DNA from: Thermoanaerobaculia bacterium
Lineage (GTDB): Bacteria > Acidobacteriota > Thermoanaerobaculia > UBA5066
NCBI GenBank assembly: GCA_038245905.1
Contig: JBBRRY010000038.1
Location: 1 to 30,011, forward strand
DNA length: 30,011 bases
Reading direction: 5' to 3'
Shown: positions 8,277-15,552 of the stretch, piece after piece
Position numbering within the stretch: position 1 is the stretch's first letter
How the letters are laid out: each line of letters begins with the position of its first letter
Position numbers and translations under genes: made by a program
Notes under the pieces: model-generated
Databases searched by the model: none
What the model was told of the DNA's origin: nothing
The model's input: only the letters and a program-made list of their open reading frames with translations

Positions 8277-8356
8277 ACGGCCCCCGGAGGCGCGCTCTTT
8301 CCGCTCCAAAAAACAGCACGTAAAATCGGCAATCTCCGGGAGCGCGTCCGGGCCGT
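8277..8356. other. Long imperfect hairpin directly at the rel stop codon
   Basis: 8277-8299 pairs with 8338-8356 (ACGGCCC/GGGCCGT, GGA/TCC, CGCGCTC/GAGCGCG with two 2-nt bulges) around an A-rich loop. No U-tract directly follows the stem. Confidence 0.5.
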
Positions 8357-10554
8357 CAGCCCGCTTCGGCATCCGTGTCGTGCAGCTTGCGCCGCACATC
8401 CGTCACGCCCGGGAGGGCCCGGAGGGACACGAGCAGTCGTTCGAGGTGCCGGCGGTCCCGGGTGGTGACGCTGGCCTCGATGGACGCGTTCCCGTCGCGG
8501 CTCGTGCGGGCCTCGATCGACCGGATGTTGGAGTTCGCGGCCGACAGCACCTGGGTGATGCGCGCGAGCATTCCCTGCCGGTCCTCCGTGCGGATCTCGA
8601 GATCCACGGTCACCGTCACGTCCTTTGCCGTCTCCCACTCGACCGGGATCTCCCGGCCGGGGTCGAACAGGAGCGCGCGTACGTTCGTGCAGGTCGTGGC
8701 GTGCACCGAGACACCCCGGCCGCGCGTCACGTAGCCCACGACGTCGTCTCCCGGCACCGGCTGGCAGCACTTGGCGATCGTCGCGAGGAGATCGTTCTCC
8801 CCCTTGACGCGAATCCCGGTCGCGGCGCCGAAGGGAAGCACGCGGCGCATCGCGCTCGAGATCGCGGAGACCCGGGAGGGGGCCCTGGGCACGCCTTCGG
8901 GAGGGGCGGCCGCCTCCGGCAGCAGCCTCGCGACCAGGGCACGCGGCGCGATCTTCCCGTAACCGATGTCGGCGATGAGGTCGTCCACCTTGGCGACGCC
9001 AAAATCGCCGAGCAGCGCGTCGAAGGACTTCGCCTCGAGCAGCTTCGCGAGGCTCTTCTTCCACTTCTTGAGCTCGCGTTCGAGAAGGCGCCGGCCGATC
9101 TCGACCGACTGCTCTTTCTCGGCCGTGTGGATGAAGGCTCGAATCCTGTTGCGCGCCCGCGACGTCACCGCGAACGCGAGCCAGTCCCGCGACGGGTGCG
9201 CGGACGGAGCCGTGAGAATCTCGACGATGTCGCCGCTCTCGAGCGGCGACTTGAGGGGCACGAGGCGCCCGTTCACGCGCGCGCCCATGCAGTGGTGCCC
9301 GACGTCCGTGTGGACGCGGTATGCGAAGTCCACGGGCGTCGCGCCCTTGGGGAACGCGTACACGGCGCCCTTTGGGCTGAACGTGTAGACGTCGTCCGGG
9401 TAAAGGTCGATCCGGAGCGACGACAGAAACTCGCGCGGGTCGGACACGTCCTTCGTCGTCTCGAGGATCTGCCGGAGCACGCCGACGTGCTCCTCGTGCC
9501 GCGCATCCGTCCGGACGAGCTTCCCTTCCTTGTACTTCCAGTGGGCCGCGATCCCGTTCTCGGCGACGAGGTCCATCTCGCGCGTGCGGATCTGCACCTC
9601 GAACGGGGGCGCGCCCTCGGGCACGAGGGTCGTGTGCAGCGACTGATAGAAGTTTCGCTTCGGCATCGCGATGTAGTCCTTGATGCGGCCGGGCACGGGG
9701 CGCCAGGACTGATGGACGATTCCGAGAACCGTGTAGCAGTCGGGAATCGAGTCCACGAGCACCCGGAATGCGAGAACGTCGTAGAGCTGTTCGAGCGGAA
9801 TGGCCTGGCGGATCAGCTTCTGCCGGATCGACCAGTAGCGTTTCACGCGTCCGGTGATCTCCGCCTCGATCCCCATGGCCTTCGTCTTCGCGACGAGCTC
9901 GACGCGGATCTTCTCGACGTTTGCCGCCGACGCCGCCATCCGATCGTCCACCGCCGCGCGCAGGGCCTCGAACTCTTCCGGGTGGAGGAAGCGAAACGAA
10001 AGGTCCTCGAGGTCTCCCTTCATCTTGCCCATTCCGAGCCGGTTCGCGAGCGGAGCGTAGATCTCGAACGTCTCGGCCGCTGTCGCGCGCTGCCGGGCCT
10101 CCGGCACGTGCTCGAGGGTCTGCATGTTGTGGAGGCGGTCCGCGAGCTTGACGAGGATGACGCGGAGGTCGTCCGTCATCGCGAGGAGCATTTTTCGAAA
10201 GGTCTCGGCCTGCTGGGCTTCCTTCGAGGTGAAGGCGTACTTGCCGATCTTCGTGACGCCGTCGACGAGGTGCGCGACATCGGCGCCAAACAGCTCGCCG
10301 ATGCGTTCCTTCGAGACGGAGCCGTCCTCGAGGACGTCGTGGAGGAGACCGGCGGCGATCGACGCGTCGTCGAGCTTCATTTCGGCGAGTGTCATGGCGA
10401 CCGCAAGCGGGTGAATGAGATACGGCTCGCCGGAGGACCGGAGCTGGTTCCTGTGCTCGTGCGCCGAAACGACATAGGCGCGGCGCAGCAGGTCCTCGTC
10501 CACGGCGGGGTGGTAGGACTCGACCTTCTCGAGGATGTCCTCGAAGCGCAGCAC
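8356..10554 (-). CDS. rel: Bifunctional (p)ppGpp synthetase/hydrolase (long RSH, Rel/SpoT)
   Basis: Intact HD motif (LLHDVLED), KLADRLHNM, YAPLANRLG, RIKD (RxKD type), YQSLHTT, AAHWKYK, TGS (TPVDFAY), CC..C Zn region and ACT domain. Start placed at GTG 10554 (VLRFEDIL). Confidence 0.96.
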   Translation of the reverse strand: MLRFEDILEKVESYHPAVDEDLLRRAYVVSAHEHRNQLRSSGEPYLIHPLAVAMTLAEMKLDDASIAAGLLHDVLEDGSVSKERIGELFGADVAHLVDGVTKIGKYAFTSKEAQQAETFRKMLLAMTDDLRVILVKLADRLHNMQTLEHVPEARQRATAAETFEIYAPLANRLGMGKMKGDLEDLSFRFLHPEEFEALRAAVDDRMAASAANVEKIRVELVAKTKAMGIEAEITGRVKRYWSIRQKLIRQAIPLEQLYDVLAFRVLVDSIPDCYTVLGIVHQSWRPVPGRIKDYIAMPKRNFYQSLHTTLVPEGAPPFEVQIRTREMDLVAENGIAAHWKYKEGKLVRTDARHEEHVGVLRQILETTKDVSDPREFLSSLRIDLYPDDVYTFSPKGAVYAFPKGATPVDFAYRVHTDVGHHCMGARVNGRLVPLKSPLESGDIVEILTAPSAHPSRDWLAFAVTSRARNRIRAFIHTAEKEQSVEIGRRLLERELKKWKKSLAKLLEAKSFDALLGDFGVAKVDDLIADIGYGKIAPRALVARLLPEAAAPPEGVPRAPSRVSAISSAMRRVLPFGAATGIRVKGENDLLATIAKCCQPVPGDDVVGYVTRGRGVSVHATTCTNVRALLFDPGREIPVEWETAKDVTVTVDLEIRTEDRQGMLARITQVLSAANSNIRSIEARTSRDGNASIEASVTTRDRRHLERLLVSLRALPGVTDVRRKLHDTDAEAG

Positions 10555-10616
10555 GGCCCCATTATCGCGGCACACGGGCCTTTCCGGTTAATCTCCCCGC
10601 CACCGAAGGAGCCCCG

Positions 10617-11267
10617 ATGGACCTCTTGAAACAGCTCGTGGACGTCTTCCTGCACCTCGACAGGCACCTCGCCGATGTCACGCGGGATTACGGGGCCTGG
10701 ACGAACGCCCTCCTCTTCGCGATTGTGTTCTCAGAGACCGGCCTCGTCGTGGCGCCTTTCCTGCCGGGAGACTCCCTTCTGTTCACCGCGGGCGCGCTCG
10801 CGTCCCTCGGCACCCTGAACGTCTGGGTCCTCTTCGTGCTGCTTTCCGCCGCGGCCATCCTGGGCGACACCGCGAACTACTGGATCGGAAAGAAAATCGG
10901 ACCGCGCGCGTTCGACGGTTCGATCCGGTTCCTCAAGCAGGACCACCTCCGGAAGACCGAGGCGTTCTACGAGAGGCACGGGAAGAAGACGATCATCCTC
11001 GCGCGCTTCGTCCCGATCGTCAGGACGTTCGCGCCCTTCGTCGCGGGCGTCGGCTCGATGACGTACGGGACGTTCATCGCCTACAACGTGATCGGCGGCG
11101 TGGCCTGGGTCGCGATCTGCGTCTTCTCGGGCTACTTCTTCGGAAACATCCCCATCGTCAAACGGAACTTCTCGCTCGTCGTCCTCGCGATCATCGGGAT
11201 CTCCGTGCTCCCCCTCGCCTGGGAGTGGTGGAAGGCCCGCAGGGAGCACGGAGGCGCCCCCGCGTGA
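10617..11267 (+). CDS. dedA: DedA family membrane protein
   Basis: FSETGLVVAPFLPGDSLLFTAG, ARFVPIVRTFAPFVAG; SD AAGGAG at 10606-10611. Confidence 0.95.
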   Translation: MDLLKQLVDVFLHLDRHLADVTRDYGAWTNALLFAIVFSETGLVVAPFLPGDSLLFTAGALASLGTLNVWVLFVLLSAAAILGDTANYWIGKKIGPRAFDGSIRFLKQDHLRKTEAFYERHGKKTIILARFVPIVRTFAPFVAGVGSMTYGTFIAYNVIGGVAWVAICVFSGYFFGNIPIVKRNFSLVVLAIIGISVLPLAWEWWKARREHGGAPA

Positions 11268-12520
11268 GCGGCGGCCGCGCGCGGAGCCGCTGGCTCTCCT
11301 CCACGGCGCTCATCTTCTACGCACTCTTCCTCGGCGTCGTCCTCGGGCACTTCCTGCCCGCCGAGACGTACCCCTGGGCCTACGAGTCGTTCCGGTTCCT
11401 GTCGAAGGCATTCATCAGCCTCATCAAGATGCTCGTCGTTCCGCTCATTTTCGCGACGATCGTCCTCGGCATCGGGAAGACGGGCGACGTGAAGGCGGTC
11501 GGCCGCATGGGCGTCAAGGCGCTCATCTACTTCGAGGTCGCGACGACGATCGCGCTCGTCATCGGTCTCGCGTTCGCGAACCTCGTGAAACCGGGCCTCG
11601 ACCTCAAGCTCCCGGCCAGCGGCGAGACCGGCCTCGCGAAGCCGAAGACGCTGGTCGAGACGCTCCTCCACCTCTTCCCGTCGAACCCCGTCGACGCGAT
11701 GGCGAAGCAGGACATCCTCCAGATCGTCATCTTCGCGACGCTTCTCGGCGTCGCCGCCGCGCACGTCGGCGCCGTCAAGGCGAAGCCGTTCGTCGACTTC
11801 TTCGAGGCGGCCGTCGCGGTCCTCTTCAAGCTCACGGATTACGTCATGTCCTTGACGCCGCTCGGCGTCTTCGGCGCGATGGCGGGCGCCGTTTCGCACC
11901 ACGGGATCACGGTTCTCGGGAGCTACGCGAAGCTCGTCCTCTCGCTCTACGCGGCTCTCGTCGTCTTCGCCCTGATCGTCCTCGTGCCCGCTCTCAAGCT
12001 CGCGGGCGTCTCCGTCCGGCGCTTCGTGCGAAAGATTCGCGAGCCGTTCCTCATCGCGTTCTCGACGGCCTCGTCCGAGGCCGCGCTCCCCCGCGCACTC
12101 GAGCGGATCGTCGAATTCGGCGTTCCGAAGGGTGTCGCGGGCTTCGTCCTCCCCGCGGGCTACAGCTTCAACCTCGACGGCTCGACGCTTTACATCGTCC
12201 TCGCGACGATGACGATCGCGCAGGCCGCCGGCCGCCACCTTTCTCTCCTCGAGCAGGTCACGATGTGCCTCGTCTTCATGCTCACGTCCAAGGGCGTCGC
12301 CGCCGTCCCGAGAGCCTCGCTCGTGATCATCGCGGCGGGCTGCGCTTCGTTCAACCTGCCTGGAGAAGCGGGCGTCGCGATGATCCTCGCGGTGGACGAG
12401 CTCATGGACATGGCCCGCACGTCGATCAACCTCGCCGGCAATTGCGTCGCGGCCGTCGTCGTCGCGAAGTGGGAGGGCGTGCTCGGGGCCGAGGCCTCCG
12501 ACGGAGCTGAAGCCGTCTGA
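11264..12520 (+). CDS. Dicarboxylate/amino acid:cation symporter (DAACS; GltP/DctA-like)
   Basis: FISLIKMLVVPLIF, AFSTASSEAALP, GYSFNLDGS, SKGVAAVPRAS, DMARTSIN. GTG 11264 overlaps the dedA stop (GTGA). Confidence 0.93.
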   Translation: MSGGRARSRWLSSTALIFYALFLGVVLGHFLPAETYPWAYESFRFLSKAFISLIKMLVVPLIFATIVLGIGKTGDVKAVGRMGVKALIYFEVATTIALVIGLAFANLVKPGLDLKLPASGETGLAKPKTLVETLLHLFPSNPVDAMAKQDILQIVIFATLLGVAAAHVGAVKAKPFVDFFEAAVAVLFKLTDYVMSLTPLGVFGAMAGAVSHHGITVLGSYAKLVLSLYAALVVFALIVLVPALKLAGVSVRRFVRKIREPFLIAFSTASSEAALPRALERIVEFGVPKGVAGFVLPAGYSFNLDGSTLYIVLATMTIAQAAGRHLSLLEQVTMCLVFMLTSKGVAAVPRASLVIIAAGCASFNLPGEAGVAMILAVDELMDMARTSINLAGNCVAAVVVAKWEGVLGAEASDGAEAV

Positions 12521-12526
12521 CCGCGC

Positions 12527-13768
12527 TCAGCCGCGCGTCTTTGCGGCTGCCTTGCCGGGCTTGACCGGGGCGGGAGCGGACGCGGGCTTCGCCTGCGCCT
12601 TCAATGCCGCGCGCTTCTGCTTCCACTCCCCCCACACGACGACGAGCGGAGCGGCGACGAAGATCGACGAGTACGTCCCGACGATGATGCCGATGATCAT
12701 CACGAAGGAAAAACCGCGCAGGACTTCGCCCCCGAGGAAGAACAGGACGACGACGACCACGAACGTCAGCACGGCGGTGAGGACCGTTCGCGAGAGCGTC
12801 TGGTTGATGGAGTGGTTCACGAGCTCCGGGAGGGGCGTCCGCTTGGATTTCTCGCGGTTCTCGCGGATCCGGTCGAACACGACGACCGTGTCGTTCACCG
12901 AATAGCCGATGAGCGTGAGGAACGCCGCCACGACCGTGAGCGAGATCTCGATGTTCAGGATCGAGCAGATGCCGAGCGTCGTCCACGTGTCGTGGATGAG
13001 GGCCACGACGGCCGCCGTCCCGAACGAGGCCGAACGGAAGCGGAACGCGATGTAGAGGAGCATCGCGGCCCACGAGAACAGGATCGCCCACATGCCCTTC
13101 TCGCGCAGGTCCTTTCCGACTTGCGGCCCGACGTTCTCGGCCGAGAGAAGCGTGAACGGGCCGGCGACGGTCTTCGCCTTGAGCCACTCGGCGGTCGCGG
13201 GCGAGACTCCCGGCGTCTTCGACGCCTCGTCGACGGAGCGGAAAAGCCCCTTCTCCGAACGCGCCGCGATGATCGCCTGTGCTTCACGCCCGTACTCGAT
13301 CTTGGGGTCGGCGTTCGGCCGCGTCGCGAGCTTCTCGGGGTCGTCTGCGATGATCTTCCCGAGAAGCGTGTCCGCGCCATTCAGGTTCAGGTCGAAGGCC
13401 GTGGCGTTCGCACCCTGCGGGAAGAGCGCCTTCGTGAGCGCCGTCGTCACTTCCTTCGAGAGGTCGCGACCTTCCTTCTTTTCGAGCGGCACGCGCAGGA
13501 GAACCTGGTTCTTCTCGGGCTTGTCGAAGCGCTGGACCGAGACGACGTTCACGTTCGCCGCTTCGACGATCTTGCGCACCTCGTCCTCGTCGGGAGCTTT
13601 CGAGAACCCGTATACGATCTGGGCGCCGCCCGTGAAATCGATGCCGAGCTTCGGGCCGCCCTTGGCGACCAGCGAGATCGTGCCGATGACGATGGAGAGG
13701 ATCGAAAGCGAGATCGCGATCCACTTGATCTTGAGAAAATCGACGTTCGTCTTGTGAAACAGGCGCAC
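12527..13768 (-). CDS. secF: Protein translocase subunit SecF with an ~80-aa periplasmic ComEA-like HhH insertion
   Basis: LGIDFTGG, VGPQVGKDL, ALIHD, IGYSVNDTVVVFDRIRE, SINQTLSRT, GTYSSIFVA. At 413 aa it is longer than typical ~300-330 aa SecF. Confidence 0.96.
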   Translation of the reverse strand: MRLFHKTNVDFLKIKWIAISLSILSIVIGTISLVAKGGPKLGIDFTGGAQIVYGFSKAPDEDEVRKIVEAANVNVVSVQRFDKPEKNQVLLRVPLEKKEGRDLSKEVTTALTKALFPQGANATAFDLNLNGADTLLGKIIADDPEKLATRPNADPKIEYGREAQAIIAARSEKGLFRSVDEASKTPGVSPATAEWLKAKTVAGPFTLLSAENVGPQVGKDLREKGMWAILFSWAAMLLYIAFRFRSASFGTAAVVALIHDTWTTLGICSILNIEISLTVVAAFLTLIGYSVNDTVVVFDRIRENREKSKRTPLPELVNHSINQTLSRTVLTAVLTFVVVVVLFFLGGEVLRGFSFVMIIGIIVGTYSSIFVAAPLVVVWGEWKQKRAALKAQAKPASAPAPVKPGKAAAKTRG

Positions 13769-13803
13769 GTTGGCTCCGCTCTATGGGTCGGATGGAAAGA
13801 CGC

Positions 13804-15435
13804 TCAGATGGAAAGGGTCTCGACGCGCTCCTTCGGACCGTAGATCAGGTCGAAAAGCAGGTGCGATACGAAGACCGCGGTGAAGACCGACGCCAGGAGG
13901 CCGATAACGAGAGTGACGGCGAAGCCCTTGACCGGGCCGGTGCCGAACTGGAACATGAAGAGCGCGGCCGTGATGGTCGTCACGTGGGTGTCGACGATCG
14001 TTCCCCACGCGCGCTTGAAGCCGAGGTCGATGGCGGCCTTCGGAGCCTTGCCGTTGTCCATCTCCTCGCGAATGCGCTCGAAGATCAGCACGTTCGAATC
14101 GACGGCCATGCCGATCGTCAGGATGAATCCGGCGATTCCAGGCAGCGTGAGGGTCGCGTTGATATAGGCCATCGCGCCGAGAAGGATCAGCGCGTTCAGG
14201 GTGAGCGCGACGACCGCGTTCACGCCCGAGAGCCGGTAGTAGAAAACGACCGCGATGAAAACGCAGATCATGCCGACGATCGACGCGAGGACGCCCTTCT
14301 TGATGGAGTCGAGACCGAGCGACGGCCCGACGGTGCGTTCCTCGAGAATGATCATCTCGGCCGGAAGCGCGCCCGAACGGAGAACGAGAGAGAGCGCGTC
14401 CGCCTTCTCCGCTGTGAAGTTCCCCTCGATGATGCCGCTCTCCTTGATCTGACTGTTGATGTTCGGCGCGGACTGGACGCGCTTGTCGAGCACGATCGCG
14501 AGGCGCTTGTTGATGTTCTCGCCGGTTACCTTGGCGAACTTCGTCGCTCCGGCGGCGTTCAGGAAGAACATGACGGCGGGCTGGTTGAACTTGTCGCGGT
14601 CGACGCGCGCGTTCTTCATGTCGCGGCCCGTGACGGCGGCGGCGCGTTTGAGCACGTACCAGACCGGCGTGCGTGTGCGGGCGTCGGCGTCCTCGTTGAA
14701 GCCCTCGACGATCTCGAGGTCCTCGGGCACCGTACCGCCGTAGGAGGAGCGGGCGGCCTCCATCGTCGGGAACGGGCCGCCGCGGTCATCCACGAGCTTG
14801 AGCTCGAGGAGGCCCGTGGTCCCGATGATCTCCTTGACGCGGCTCGGGTCGTCCACGCCTGGAATCTCGACCACGATGCGGTCGGTGCCCTGCCGCTGGA
14901 TGACCGGCTCGGCGACGCCGAGGGCGTCGACGCGATTGCGGATCGTCTCGACGGCCTGGCGCGTCGCCTGGTCCTCGATCGTGATCCGTTCGGAGTCCTT
15001 GTAAGAGATCTTCCACTCGCGCCCGCGCTGGTCGACGGACCACGCGTTCGGCGGAAGAACTGCCGTGACGAGATCCTTGAGCTTCGCGGCGTCCGTCTTC
15101 TCGTCGATCCTGAGTGTGAAGCCCGTGCCGTCCGCGGGACCGGCGGCGATCACGGAGACACCGCGCTTGCCGCCTTCGTCCTTGAGCCGCTCGAGCGTGT
15201 CCTGGGCCTCGACCCTGAGCGCGTCCGTCGTCTTGACCTGCATGACGAGGTGGATGCCGCCGCGAAGGTCCAGCCCCAGCTTGAGGCCGTTCCGGAGGAT
15301 GTCCGAGATCGTCGGGTTCGGCGGAGCCGTTGGCGACTTCTTCAGCGCCTCGTGGCCCCGCCACCAATACGCACCGAGCGAACCGAGAAGGACGGCCAAC
15401 GTCACACCGACGCGCCATCCGGTAGGCTTGTTCAC
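13804..15435 (-). CDS. secD: Protein translocase subunit SecD
   Basis: LGLDLRGG, RNRVDALGVAEP, LRSGALP, VGPSLG, TLTLPGIAG, GMAVDSNVLIFERIREE, GPVKGFAVTL. GTG 15435 with SD GGAGG. Confidence 0.97.
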   Translation of the reverse strand: MNKPTGWRVGVTLAVLLGSLGAYWWRGHEALKKSPTAPPNPTISDILRNGLKLGLDLRGGIHLVMQVKTTDALRVEAQDTLERLKDEGGKRGVSVIAAGPADGTGFTLRIDEKTDAAKLKDLVTAVLPPNAWSVDQRGREWKISYKDSERITIEDQATRQAVETIRNRVDALGVAEPVIQRQGTDRIVVEIPGVDDPSRVKEIIGTTGLLELKLVDDRGGPFPTMEAARSSYGGTVPEDLEIVEGFNEDADARTRTPVWYVLKRAAAVTGRDMKNARVDRDKFNQPAVMFFLNAAGATKFAKVTGENINKRLAIVLDKRVQSAPNINSQIKESGIIEGNFTAEKADALSLVLRSGALPAEMIILEERTVGPSLGLDSIKKGVLASIVGMICVFIAVVFYYRLSGVNAVVALTLNALILLGAMAYINATLTLPGIAGFILTIGMAVDSNVLIFERIREEMDNGKAPKAAIDLGFKRAWGTIVDTHVTTITAALFMFQFGTGPVKGFAVTLVIGLLASVFTAVFVSHLLFDLIYGPKERVETLSI

Positions 15436-15537
15436 GAACGCAACCTCCGGGCGCGGGCCCGTCCGGAAGGCGGCTAAGAGCCACCCGTTCGTCAGGAGAC
15501 CGCGGGATGCGCCCGGCTTCTCCGGGCGAACCGGCGG

Positions 15538-15546
15538 AGTCTAGCA
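15538..15546 (-). promoter_or_regulatory. Putative internal extended -10 promoter for secDF (TGcTAGACT)
   Basis: Lies just after the stop of the Rad50-like gene; followed by an ~95-nt leader with two hairpins. Confidence 0.45.
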
Positions 15547-15552
15547 GAACCC

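Noticed and set aside
8221-8290. Resemblance of GGGCGCAAGGC...AAGCC...GGTACGGC to a c-di-GMP-I (GEMM) riboswitch
   Set aside because: The GGCAAAC start and GNRA-capped P2 are missing, and the orientation is opposite to pilM. Only an Rfam scan could rescue this call.
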